The notes under the pieces are model-generated. The model did no database searches. It worked only from the letters and a program-made list of their open reading frames with translations, and was not told where the DNA came from. From Nitrosarchaeum sp. (lineage in GTDB: Archaea; Thermoproteota; Nitrososphaeria; Nitrososphaerales; Nitrosopumilaceae), in the NCBI GenBank assembly GCA_965223865.1, contig OZ245020.1:1280001-1344000 (forward strand): 64,000 nt of DNA. Direction: 5' to 3'. Below, piece by piece: positions 39,210-48,927 of the stretch; the stretch's first letter is position 1, and the number at the start of each line of letters is the position of its first letter. The translations under genes and the position numbers were made by a program.

Positions 39210-39401
39210 TCACCGACAGGATATAGAAAAATCTAGTCTTACATAACCGATATTTTTGCAGATAGTACATTTAATATTTTCAACAAATTCATGACTTGAA
39301 GATGATACAAGATCAATGTTTATGGGTATCTCTATTGTAGGTTTACCTTTGCAATATGCGCAGTAAAGTTTTTCGTTTCTAAATTTAAGGGTCTGTTTCA
39401 T
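39210..39401 (-). CDS. small zinc-ribbon protein
   Basis: CAYC...CTIC motif. Confidence 0.55.
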   Translation of the reverse strand: MKQTLKFRNEKLYCAYCKGKPTIEIPINIDLVSSSSHEFVENIKCTICKNIGYVRLDFSISCR

Positions 39402-39571
39402 GAAACTTGATTTTTTCTAAAATTAATAAAATCTAATTCTACAATGCGTAGAAAATTTTAAATGAATCTTGTAAAACCAAAACAATTTTTATCAATCAAA
39501 AATACTTGAGTTACTTGATTTACCCGGAAAAACCATGTTTGGTTAAGTCATATTACTGGCAGGAACCGTAT

Positions 39572-39931
39572 TTATCCTGTTAAATCTATGATAAACTGCT
39601 TTGCATCAATTATTTCCTCTTGAGAATCATATGCAATTAGGTACAGCATTGCCTTTGAGGTTTTTGGAAATGGAGTTATCTCATCCAAAATGATTTTGTT
39701 CTCAGTGGTAAATTCTGATGTGTTTGGTATGCAACTAACACATCCCATCTCATATTTGATCAATGTTTCATCATTATCCCAAGTCATTTGAACTACAGCA
39801 GAATTTCCATCATATTCTAGTACACTAACCCTGACATCATCAATTGGTTCAGCATAAGCACTACTCATTCCAAAAACAAGTATCAATATTGATATCGCTA
39901 GTAATGCCTTACCCATTATATTCAATTTCAA
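39572..39931 (-). CDS. secreted hypothetical protein with CVSC motif
   Basis: Signal peptide ending SAYA, beta-rich domain, GCVSCIPN. Confidence 0.75.
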   Translation of the reverse strand: MKLNIMGKALLAISILILVFGMSSAYAEPIDDVRVSVLEYDGNSAVVQMTWDNDETLIKYEMGCVSCIPNTSEFTTENKIILDEITPFPKTSKAMLYLIAYDSQEEIIDAKQFIIDLTG

Positions 39932-39966
39932 TTCAGAGTTGTGTATTAAGCATTACTGCCAAAAAT

Positions 39967-40860
39967 TTAGGTCGTAGAACCAATCAAAAAACTCAGAACA
40001 AACAATGCACCTGTAACTCTGCTAAACATCAAAGTAGATGACATTGAGGGAATCAAAGAATCTACTGAATCATAGTTTCTCTTTAAACCTATTCCTCCTT
40101 TGATCATTAAAGGGATACTCAGAAATGTGATTAAAGAAAATACTGGAAAAAATCCTGAAATTACACCAAAAATAATTACAATATAGGAAATTGCAGGAAA
40201 TACCCAAAAAATTTTAGTTGCTTTTTGTTTGCCAACAACAATCACCAAAGTTCTTCTTCCTTTTGATTTGTCCGCATCATGATCAGGAAAAGATGCAATA
40301 AAAAGAACTAATGAAGATAAAATTCCCACAACTATTCCACCCATAATCGATTCTAAAGTCAGTTGGTTTGATTGGATGAAGCATGTCCCAAGAACAATCA
40401 TAGTTCCCTTTACAGCAACAAAAAATTCTGCCAAACCGGAATCCACAATTTTTGTTGAATAAAAATAGATAGATAAAATCGCAAATCCCAAAATAATTGC
40501 AATTACAATTCCATCTGTGATTACAAAATAACTGCCTATTACAGAACCAATTATCAAAAACACAATTCCTGCTCGATAAACGGATTTAGGTTTTAGTAAT
40601 CCCTCAGGCAAAACCCCAGTACCTCCACTCATCTTGGTTCTTTTTGTTTTAGTGTCAATACCACGTTTGTAATCCCAATAATCATTTAGCAAATCAACGC
40701 TTGCATGCAGCGCCATTACTCCTCCATATGTTAATCCAGCTTCTAAAATTCCAAACGAAAAATTTTGCCACCAATTAATTGCAAGGCCAACTGAAACTGC
40801 AATTATTGAAGCTAAAAGAAATCTAATTCGAATGATCCTTAGCCAAACTGATATAGTCAA
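39967..40860 (-). CDS. menA: UbiA-family prenyltransferase (MenA-like)
   Basis: NDYWDYKRGID and PDHDADKSKGRRTL motifs, multiple TMs. Confidence 0.8.
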   Translation of the reverse strand: MTISVWLRIIRIRFLLASIIAVSVGLAINWWQNFSFGILEAGLTYGGVMALHASVDLLNDYWDYKRGIDTKTKRTKMSGGTGVLPEGLLKPKSVYRAGIVFLIIGSVIGSYFVITDGIVIAIILGFAILSIYFYSTKIVDSGLAEFFVAVKGTMIVLGTCFIQSNQLTLESIMGGIVVGILSSLVLFIASFPDHDADKSKGRRTLVIVVGKQKATKIFWVFPAISYIVIIFGVISGFFPVFSLITFLSIPLMIKGGIGLKRNYDSVDSLIPSMSSTLMFSRVTGALFVLSFLIGSTT

Positions 40861-40962
40861 ACTAACTGTAAGGGAATTTTTCTAGTTAAATTTCCTCCTC
40901 TTGTCAAATTTTTAGAGAATACTTTTTTAATGTTTTAACTGAAATCTACTGCAATATCTATT

Positions 40963-41364
40963 CTAGATTAGAGATTCATCGCTAACTTCGATGGGTTTTC
41001 TTCCCATAAATCCTGAATCCTTTTCATGCCAAAATTTAATTTCAGTCTCACCGTATTTCCAACATAGCCATACCTCTTCATCAAACCTTTTGGAGGGAAA
41101 ATCAAGTAGTCCTTGTTCAATGCTTTTTACAACAACACCTGTATTCTCAAGAATCTCAACTGCCTCATAAAATTGAGTAATTGCAGAATTGAGTTTTTGC
41201 TTTAAATTAACATATTGCTCAAAAGTGTTAGTAGTAGATAGACTAATCTGAATCTCTTGTTCTAATTTTGAAACCTCATTCTTTTTTGCCAAAGCAAATT
41301 CATATTTTTTTATTACATCTGGTAAAGCAGTGTTTGCCTCATTTGTTGTAAAATAAGAAAACAT
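40963..41364 (-). CDS. DUF2203 family protein
   Basis: FTTNEANTALP, GLLDFP, LCWKYGE and FWH...GFMGRKP motifs. Confidence 0.88.
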   Translation of the reverse strand: MFSYFTTNEANTALPDVIKKYEFALAKKNEVSKLEQEIQISLSTTNTFEQYVNLKQKLNSAITQFYEAVEILENTGVVVKSIEQGLLDFPSKRFDEEVWLCWKYGETEIKFWHEKDSGFMGRKPIEVSDESLI

Positions 41365-41435
41365 GGCTTTATCATATCTGGCTTTATTAAAAATCTTAAG
41401 TGCAGATTTATTAGGAAATATTCTAGTTATATGTT

Positions 41436-41717
41436 ATGAGCCAAAAAGACCAATTAGAGATGTTAATTACTCAAACCATTAATGGTGCCATTGCCACTAT
41501 TCCTGCTTATTTAGAAGAAATAAAACAAAACAAAGAAACTTTCAAGGTGGAACAACCTGAAGAATTTGTTTTTGGGATTATTATGGGCATGGCTTTGGGA
41601 ATGAGTGGAGCATTACTTAGTGCACAAAAAGAAATTCCCACACCTGAAGATCAAATGAAGGTTCGAGATATAGTATACAAGCATATTCCAGAAATTAGAG
41701 ATAGGATTTTTAATTGA
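41436..41717 (+). CDS. conserved thaumarchaeal hypothetical protein
   Basis: Coding-like ORF coupled to the next gene. Confidence 0.75.
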   Translation: MSQKDQLEMLITQTINGAIATIPAYLEEIKQNKETFKVEQPEEFVFGIIMGMALGMSGALLSAQKEIPTPEDQMKVRDIVYKHIPEIRDRIFN

Positions 41718-42112
41718 TAGAATTTTCTAACACTGAAAAAAAATTCCTTCAATCATTAGAAGAAGCAAGAATTGCAACATCTCACGATGATATCCCACAT
41801 GTAAAACCTGTATCATTTATTTTTTATGAGAATTCAATTTTGATTGCAACCGATTATGAAACTAGAACTTTGAAAAATTTGAAAATCAATCCAAACACAG
41901 CAATTACCATTGATGTTTACAAATCTGGAGAGCATAAAGCTGTATGTATTCAAGGTAAATCAAAAATAATTGAAAGTGGTAAAGAGTTTCAAAAAATTTA
42001 CAAAATGTTTTTTAAAAAATTTGCTTGGGTTAGAAATGAACCATGGGGAGAAAACGAAGCTCCTTTTTTAAAAATAACCCCCAATGTAAAAACTAGTTGG
42101 GGTTTAATATGA
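41714..42112 (+). CDS. pyridoxamine 5'-phosphate oxidase-like split-barrel flavin/F420-binding protein
   Basis: ARIATS...PHVKPVSF, NLKINP and VCIQG motifs. Confidence 0.85.
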   Translation: MIEFSNTEKKFLQSLEEARIATSHDDIPHVKPVSFIFYENSILIATDYETRTLKNLKINPNTAITIDVYKSGEHKAVCIQGKSKIIESGKEFQKIYKMFFKKFAWVRNEPWGENEAPFLKITPNVKTSWGLI

Positions 42113-42165
42113 TCTTAAATCAAACATAGCAAAATATTAACAGGTATCAATATTTTTTAAATCAA

Positions 42166-42444
42166 ATGGGACAAAAAATCAAATGTTCACATATTCTAGT
42201 TCAAAAGCAAAGTGAAGCATTAGAAATTTGTGAGAGATTAAAAAAAGGTGAAAAGTTTGGAAAATTAGCAAAACAACTATCAATTGATTCAGGTAGTGCC
42301 AAAAAAGACGGAAATTTGGGGTATTTTACAAAGGGGATGATGGTAAAGCCCTTTGAAGATGCAGCATTTAAGCTACAGATAGGAGAGATGTCTGAACCCA
42401 TAAAAACAGAATTTGGATATCATATTATCAAAAGATTCGGATAA
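42166..42444 (+). CDS. parvulin-type peptidyl-prolyl isomerase
   Basis: CSHILV, SIDSGSAKKDGNLG, MVKPFEDAAF and TEFGYHII motifs. Confidence 0.95.
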   Translation: MGQKIKCSHILVQKQSEALEICERLKKGEKFGKLAKQLSIDSGSAKKDGNLGYFTKGMMVKPFEDAAFKLQIGEMSEPIKTEFGYHIIKRFG

Positions 42445-42472
42445 AATTTTCACTAAAATAAAGAGTAAAACT

Positions 42473-42748
42473 ATGACTATTCTATCACAAAAAACATTGG
42501 ATGAAATCCTTGAATATTTGAACAAATCAATAACTAATCTTGCTTTAAATTCAATTGAGATCTCTGAATTTCAAAGTGGTACTCATGATTTTGAAAATTT
42601 TCTTTCCAGTCAGTTTGACATACGACTTGAAAACTTGCTTAAATCAAAAGATAGTAGCATTCATCATTTAGAATCTGGGATGAAAAATATGGTTATTCAA
42701 AAAAAGAAAGAATTACTAAATAACATCAATAACCAATTATCAGACTAG
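42473..42748 (+). CDS. conserved hypothetical protein
   Basis: Likely start MTILSQK after a TATA-like tract. Contains QFDIRLENLL...SIHHLESG. Confidence 0.7.
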   Translation: MTILSQKTLDEILEYLNKSITNLALNSIEISEFQSGTHDFENFLSSQFDIRLENLLKSKDSSIHHLESGMKNMVIQKKKELLNNINNQLSD

Positions 42749-44250
42749 ACAAAGGCATCTAAGCCCTTTTTTTGAGGAGGCTCTTGATTCTTTTGGAGTA
42801 CTTTGGTCAATTTTTCACCCATGGATTTAGCAGCTGATATCTTCCTTTTACCAATCCAATAATAGGTCTCATCAATTGTGTCTTTTGCAATCAAGACCAC
42901 TAATTTTCCAGTATCTTTTCTTCCAGTTCTTCCTCTTCTTTGAATGAATCGAATGGAGCTTGGAACATTGTCATAAAACACAACTTGATTTACTTCAGAA
43001 ATATCTAGTCCCTCTTCTCCAACTCGCGTTGCAACTAGCACTCTAAAGATTCCATCTCGAAATTTTTGGACAGTCTCTATTTGCTTTTTTTGTTTTAGTC
43101 CTGTTTCTCCAGCTTTTCCAATCAAAATACCTGCAGGAATTCCCATCTCTGTGAGTTTGTTGAATATGACATCAACTGAATCTCTGTAACTAGTAAATAT
43201 CAAGGCTTTTCCAGGAACTGATTCTATAATCTCTTTTAATTTGGGGATTTTTGAATGCTCGATTCCTTTTGACTGGGCCTCTTTTGCAAGATGTACTGCC
43301 CTTGTAAAGTTTGGATCAACCTCAAAGAGTTCTTTAACTCCTGCTCCTTTTTTTACTCGGGCTCTATCACAAAATTTCAAAAATGGAGTAATTCCATGAG
43401 CCTCCAAAATATTTAACGCATAATGAATTCTAATTGCAGTAAAGAGTGGTTTTGCAGAACGTCTATTTTGATTTAAAACAAATTGTCGTATTCTCAATAA
43501 TGCTGAAAGAGATTTTTGCTCAGCTAGTTTTATTCCATTTTTTCTTAGAGTTTCATATCTTTCATCTAGTGCAAGCTTTAACAAAGTCTGAATAGATTTC
43601 ATTTCTGGGGGAAGATCAACGTTAATCCATTGTATGTTTGTGTGTTGAGTGTATGGTTTTACGTCTGGACTTTCTTCTGTCCTTTCAGCAACACTTGCAA
43701 TTCTGAGTTTTGTTAGAATTTCTGTGGCTTTGTCTTTCTCACTGGGTAACGTAGCTGTCATTCCGAGAATCCTGGCATTTGAATATGCAAACCGTTCGGC
43801 AATTCCAGAATAAGCATAATCTCCTACAGTTCGATGCACCTCATCAAATATGACTAGATTGAATTGATTTGGAGATACAATTTGTCTGTCAAGATCATTT
43901 TTTGCAATTTCAGGAGTTGCACAAATTATACTGTTATTCCAGAGTTTGGATCGTTTCTGTATATTGTCCTCTCCAGTAATTAATGAAATATCCTCAAGAG
44001 TGAGATTCTCTTTAAGAAATTCATAATGTTGGTTGACAAGTACTCTTGTTGGTGCTAAAAACAAAACTCCTCCTATTTCTTTGGCTAAATATTCTGCAAT
44101 TACATGTAATGCAATAGCTGTTTTTCCTAATCCTGTTGGAAGGACTACTATGCAGTTTTCTTGAATTGCTTGGTTGGCCAAATTAACCTGGTAATCTCTT
44201 TTCTCAATAGAGTTTTTTTTCACATACTTTTTTTCAATAAAATCTGTCAA
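42745..44250 (-). CDS. hef: Hef/FANCM-like SF2 helicase (helicase-only form)
   Basis: LPTGLGKT, DEVHR, MTAT, EEGLDI and QRRGRTGR motifs. No ERCC4 nuclease domain. Confidence 0.88.
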   Translation of the reverse strand: MTDFIEKKYVKKNSIEKRDYQVNLANQAIQENCIVVLPTGLGKTAIALHVIAEYLAKEIGGVLFLAPTRVLVNQHYEFLKENLTLEDISLITGEDNIQKRSKLWNNSIICATPEIAKNDLDRQIVSPNQFNLVIFDEVHRTVGDYAYSGIAERFAYSNARILGMTATLPSEKDKATEILTKLRIASVAERTEESPDVKPYTQHTNIQWINVDLPPEMKSIQTLLKLALDERYETLRKNGIKLAEQKSLSALLRIRQFVLNQNRRSAKPLFTAIRIHYALNILEAHGITPFLKFCDRARVKKGAGVKELFEVDPNFTRAVHLAKEAQSKGIEHSKIPKLKEIIESVPGKALIFTSYRDSVDVIFNKLTEMGIPAGILIGKAGETGLKQKKQIETVQKFRDGIFRVLVATRVGEEGLDISEVNQVVFYDNVPSSIRFIQRRGRTGRKDTGKLVVLIAKDTIDETYYWIGKRKISAAKSMGEKLTKVLQKNQEPPQKKGLDAFV

Positions 44251-44505
44251 CTTTTATGACTCAAATCTTACTTTATTGATTTTATGCTTTCGTATAGCAA
44301 AAAACTAGCCATTACTCAAATATCTATCACGGATTTTAACAGAATTCTTTCAGATTCTACATTGATTATCTGTGATTTTATATAATGATAGATTTTATAC
44401 AATGATAGATTTTATGCTCATTGTAGAACTATCCTCTGAAGAACAGGACGTTTAGTAACAATATACTTTTTAAAAATTAAAAAATAAGAATCAAGAAAAA
44501 ATTGC

Positions 44506-44697
44506 CTATTCTAATTTTTTCTTGGCTTTGTTAATCATTGCTATCTCTTCACGCAGATGTTTTTTTAGTATGCGTTCATGGTCTTTTTTATGAACACTAT
44601 ATGCTTTGTTAAGAGATTGTTTTGATTTTGCTCTCTTTACAGCATTTTGAAATTTTTTGTGAATGACGCTTACTTCAGCTGAATAGCTTGCCATCAA
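44506..44697 (-). CDS. small basic helical hypothetical protein
   Basis: Lys/His-rich helical ORF with a TTTAA box upstream. Confidence 0.7.
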   Translation of the reverse strand: MMASYSAEVSVIHKKFQNAVKRAKSKQSLNKAYSVHKKDHERILKKHLREEIAMINKAKKKLE

Positions 44698-44769
44698 ACA
44701 AAATTTTTTCTTTAGCGTTAAAGAAGTTTGCGTATTTGTTGTCTTTAATCAAAATTAACACCGATCAGG

Positions 44770-45333
44770 TTGAATCCATATATTGAACAGTCAGATAAAA
44801 GACTTGTGAGTCAATCTTATGAGAGGCCTAACTGGGATGAATATTTTATGCTTCAAGCAGAATTAGCAAAACTTCGATCAAATTGCATGACAAGACAAGT
44901 TGGTGCTGTAATTGTTCGCAATCATCGACAACTGGCAACTGGATACAATGGAACGCCACCTGGAATCAAAAATTGTTTTGAAGGTGGATGTAAAAGATGC
45001 CAGTTACGAATGGAAGGAAAAATAGAACCAGGGGCTTCTCTTGATAGATGTCTTTGCAATCATGCAGAAGCTAATGCAATAATGCATTGTGCAATTTTGG
45101 GAATAGAGGCTGGAATTGAGGGGGCTGTATTATACACAACTTTTGTGCCCTGTCTTGAATGCACAAAAATGGCCATAACAATTGGTATTAAAAAATTTGT
45201 TTGTCTTGATACTTATCCTGAAACAGACTTTGATTTATTAAAAGAGGCAGGAGTAGAAATAATTCAATTAGAAAAGACAAAGATTGCAAAATGGGCAAGA
45301 GAGCTAGTAAACAAATACGAAAAGTCTGTGTGA
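44770..45333 (+). CDS. dCMP deaminase
   Basis: WDEYFM, RSNC, GYNG, HAEANA and PCLEC motifs. Confidence 0.93.
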   Translation: MNPYIEQSDKRLVSQSYERPNWDEYFMLQAELAKLRSNCMTRQVGAVIVRNHRQLATGYNGTPPGIKNCFEGGCKRCQLRMEGKIEPGASLDRCLCNHAEANAIMHCAILGIEAGIEGAVLYTTFVPCLECTKMAITIGIKKFVCLDTYPETDFDLLKEAGVEIIQLEKTKIAKWARELVNKYEKSV

Positions 45334-45337
45334 TAAA

Positions 45338-47896
45338 ATGCAAGTTACAGCAACTCATTCTGAAAACACAAAAACAATGCCTCCCTCAATGTTGGTATCT
45401 GCCACATATGATAACATCACCAAATCCGCAGTTTTAAAGTTCTATGACCCAAAATCTCAAAAATTGATTTTATGGAGAGATGAAATTGATCACAAGCCAT
45501 ACTGTTATTCCAGACTGTCTCCTGACGAGTTAGACTTTTTGCAAGAAAGAGATGACATTTTAAAAATTGAGACCGTTCCCAAACATGATTTAATTAAAGA
45601 TGAAGAAATTAAAATGTCAAAAATCACTGTTGCAGACCCACTTGCAATTGGAGGAACAACCGGTGATAAAAGTATTAGAAATATTATAGATACATGGGAG
45701 TCTGACATAAAATATTATGAAAATTATCTCTATGACAGATCACTGATTATCGGAAAATACTATGAAGTTATAGACGGAAAAATAAAATCACATGATTTGG
45801 AAATTTCCGATGAAGTAAAACTTGCGCTAAAGAGTTTGTTGTGGGATAAAGTAGATAGCAAAAGCATGGTAAATTCCAACGAATTCAAAGACTTTATTTC
45901 AGAATGGGCAGACTTGCTCAACCAACCTATTCCTAAAATCAGAAGACTAAGTGTAGACATTGAAGTAGAAGCCGAAATAGGAAGAATACCAGATCCAAAA
46001 GTTGCAGAAAAAAAAGTCACAGCTGTAGGATTCAAGGGAACCGATGGTTTTGATAAAATTTTTGTTCTAAAAACAGAAGGAACAGAAGAAGGAAAAAACG
46101 AATTAGGCCCAAATATAAAGGTGGTATTCTATGATAAAGATAAAGAAAAAGAAATGATTTTAGATTCATTCAAAGTAATTTCTGAATTTCCGTTTGTGGT
46201 AACCTATAATGGTGATGAATTTGATTTACCATATCTATACAACCGAGCAGAAAAACTTGGAATTAAAAAAGAAGACAATCCTCTATACATGATGAGAGAC
46301 TCTGCCACACTAAAACATGGTGTTCATCTTGATTTGTATAGGACTTTATCGAATCGCTCCTTTCAAATTTACGCCTTTAGTCAAAAATATACTGATTTTT
46401 CTTTAAACAGCGTGTGTAAGGCTCTCTTAAACAAGGAAAAAATTGATTATGGGATTGAGATTGATGAATTAAACCTCTATCAAACCGCAAATTATTGTTA
46501 TAATGATGCACTGCTAACTTATGAACTTACAAGCTTCAATAGCGATCTACTAATGAACCTGCTTGTAATTATTGCACGAATTGGAAGAATGCCAATTGAT
46601 GATATTGCAAGAATGGGTGTCTCTCAATGGATTCGCAGTCTTTTGTATTATGAACATCGACAAAGAAATGCCCTTATTCCCAAAAGAGAAGAACTACAAA
46701 GAAGATCCGAAGGAGTCATGTCTGATGCTGTAATAAAGGACAAGAAATACCGTGGAGGATTAGTTGTAGAACCAAAAGAAGGAATTCATTTCAATGTTGT
46801 TGTAATGGACTTTGCAAGTCTATATCCAAGTATCATCAAAGTTAGAAATCTATCATATGAAACTGTAAGATGTCCACATGAAGAGTGCAAAAAAAATGCT
46901 ATTCCACAGACAAATCATTGGACATGTTCCAAAAAAAATGGAATGACTTCACTAATCATTGGTTCTCTGAGAGATTTGAGAGTAAATTACTACAAAAGTC
47001 TCTCAAAAAAAGATACACTCTCAGCAGAACAAAGACAACAATATACAGTTGTCAGTCAAGCCCTTAAGGTGATTCTAAATGCAAGCTATGGCGTAATGGG
47101 CGCAGAAATTTTTCCTCTCTATTTTTTACCTGCAGCAGAAGCTACTACTGCTATTGGAAGATATACAATTTTAGAAACAATAAAAAAATGTGAAGGAACT
47201 GGAATTGAAGTTCTTTATGGCGATACCGATTCTCTATTTATTAAAAATCCTACTGAAGAACAAATTCAAAAGGTAATAGAACAAGCAAAAGAAGATCATG
47301 GTGTAGATTTAGAGATTGACAAAGTTTATCGGTATTGTGTGTTAAGTAATAGAAAGAAAAATTATCTCGGTGTAACAAAGGAAGGAAAAGTTGATGTTAA
47401 AGGCTTGACTGGAAAAAAATCTCACACACCACCTTTTATCAAAAAATTATTTTATGACCTGCTTGATGTCTTGTCAAAAGTAGAAACAACTGAAGGCTTT
47501 GAGAGAGCAAAAAAACAAATTTCAGATAAAATTGCAACATGTGCAAAAAAAGTTGAAGAAAAGGAAATCCCTTTACAAGACTTGACATTTAATGTAATGA
47601 TAAGCAAAGCCCCATCAGAATATGTAAAAACAATTCCACAGCATATCAGGGCAGCAAAATTACTTGAATCAATAAGAGAAGTAAAAAAAGGTGACAAGAT
47701 ATCCTACGTAAAAATTCTCAACAAGCCAGGAGTAAAACCTGTAGAAATGGCAAAGAAAGAAGAAATTGATTCGAAGAAATACATGGAATTTATGGAATCT
47801 ACGTTAGAACAAATTACATCTTCGATGGATTTGGATTTTGATACCATGCTTGGTAAACCAAAACAAACGGGATTAGACGAATTTTTCTGGAACTAG
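45338..47896 (+). CDS. polB: family B DNA polymerase (PolB1)
   Basis: DIEV, YNGDEFD, DFASLYPS, KVILNASYG, YGDTDS and KKNY motifs. Confidence 0.97.
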   Translation: MQVTATHSENTKTMPPSMLVSATYDNITKSAVLKFYDPKSQKLILWRDEIDHKPYCYSRLSPDELDFLQERDDILKIETVPKHDLIKDEEIKMSKITVADPLAIGGTTGDKSIRNIIDTWESDIKYYENYLYDRSLIIGKYYEVIDGKIKSHDLEISDEVKLALKSLLWDKVDSKSMVNSNEFKDFISEWADLLNQPIPKIRRLSVDIEVEAEIGRIPDPKVAEKKVTAVGFKGTDGFDKIFVLKTEGTEEGKNELGPNIKVVFYDKDKEKEMILDSFKVISEFPFVVTYNGDEFDLPYLYNRAEKLGIKKEDNPLYMMRDSATLKHGVHLDLYRTLSNRSFQIYAFSQKYTDFSLNSVCKALLNKEKIDYGIEIDELNLYQTANYCYNDALLTYELTSFNSDLLMNLLVIIARIGRMPIDDIARMGVSQWIRSLLYYEHRQRNALIPKREELQRRSEGVMSDAVIKDKKYRGGLVVEPKEGIHFNVVVMDFASLYPSIIKVRNLSYETVRCPHEECKKNAIPQTNHWTCSKKNGMTSLIIGSLRDLRVNYYKSLSKKDTLSAEQRQQYTVVSQALKVILNASYGVMGAEIFPLYFLPAAEATTAIGRYTILETIKKCEGTGIEVLYGDTDSLFIKNPTEEQIQKVIEQAKEDHGVDLEIDKVYRYCVLSNRKKNYLGVTKEGKVDVKGLTGKKSHTPPFIKKLFYDLLDVLSKVETTEGFERAKKQISDKIATCAKKVEEKEIPLQDLTFNVMISKAPSEYVKTIPQHIRAAKLLESIREVKKGDKISYVKILNKPGVKPVEMAKKEEIDSKKYMEFMESTLEQITSSMDLDFDTMLGKPKQTGLDEFFWN

Positions 47897-47907
47897 AGTG
47901 AAACAAT

Positions 47908-48192
47908 ATGGAAATTGATGGAACACTACTTACTATTCTAGGTGTAGCTGCTGGTGTTTTAATTTTATCTGGATGGGTAGAACAAATAATTAAAGGATAT
48001 AAGACAAAAAGTCTCAAAGATGTATCAAAATATTTAATGATTTTTATTTCGGCAGGAGCAATTTTGTGGCTAGTTTATGGTTTTGTTGTATCTGACATTT
48101 TTATCATAGGTACTAATCTAGCAGCAATAGTTCTAATGATGACGGTTCTAGCAATGAAGAAAAGATATGACAAAATAAAATCAAATATCTAG
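47908..48192 (+). CDS. SemiSWEET / PQ-loop family membrane protein
   Basis: Three TMs, with QIIKGYKTKSLKDVS and LWLVYG motifs. Confidence 0.82.
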   Translation: MEIDGTLLTILGVAAGVLILSGWVEQIIKGYKTKSLKDVSKYLMIFISAGAILWLVYGFVVSDIFIIGTNLAAIVLMMTVLAMKKRYDKIKSNI

Positions 48193-48237
48193 ATCGAATC
48201 AAGAATTAAATAGAATACACAAAGTTTGAAAGAAAGA

Positions 48238-48894
48238 ATGTTCATTATTAATGCTAAAAATTATGAAGAGATTGCAGGGGACAAAATAATAAAATTTGTA
48301 AAAACAGCTGAAAAAATTTCAAAAAAACATAAAATTAAAATCGCAATAGCACCTCCCCAACATCTTATAGGATTAGTAGCAAAAAGTTCTATTCCAATTT
48401 TAGCTCAGCATATTGATGATTCCAAAGTAGGAAGTACAACCGGATTTGTGATTCCAGAATTACTTAAAAAATCCGAAGTAAGCGGTTCACTGATTAATCA
48501 CAGTGAACACAGAATTTCAAGTAAAGAAATTGAAAAACTTGTATTGAAACTAAAAGAACTAAAAATGATTTCTGTATTGTGTGTCAAAGATGTAGCCGAG
48601 GCAAGAAAATATGCAAAATTAAACCCAAATTTTATTGCAATAGAGCCTCCTGAACTAATTGGTTCAGGAAAAGCAGTATCAAAAGAAAGACCTGAACTAA
48701 TAACCAAAGCAGCAGATGCGGTAAAGGCAGCAAAAAACAATACAAAGCTACTTTGTGGTGCAGGAATAGTTTCTGGAGAAGATGTCGCAAAAGCTGTAGA
48801 ATTAGGATCTAAAGGAATTCTGGTTGCAAGTGGGATAGTCAAGGCAAAAGATTGGAACAAGATAATGTCTGAATTTGCCAAATCAATGGTTTAA
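48238..48894 (+). CDS. tpiA: triosephosphate isomerase (archaeal type)
   Basis: INAKNY, AQH, INHSEHR, AIEPPELIG and CGAGI motifs. Confidence 0.96.
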   Translation: MFIINAKNYEEIAGDKIIKFVKTAEKISKKHKIKIAIAPPQHLIGLVAKSSIPILAQHIDDSKVGSTTGFVIPELLKKSEVSGSLINHSEHRISSKEIEKLVLKLKELKMISVLCVKDVAEARKYAKLNPNFIAIEPPELIGSGKAVSKERPELITKAADAVKAAKNNTKLLCGAGIVSGEDVAKAVELGSKGILVASGIVKAKDWNKIMSEFAKSMV

Positions 48895-48927
48895 TACCCC
48901 CTTTTTCAGACTTGATAATCGTAAAAA

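Noticed and set aside
45338-47896. PolB as a mobile-element marker or intein host
   Set aside because: It is a normal-length cellular PolB1 in a housekeeping context, with no intein motifs.
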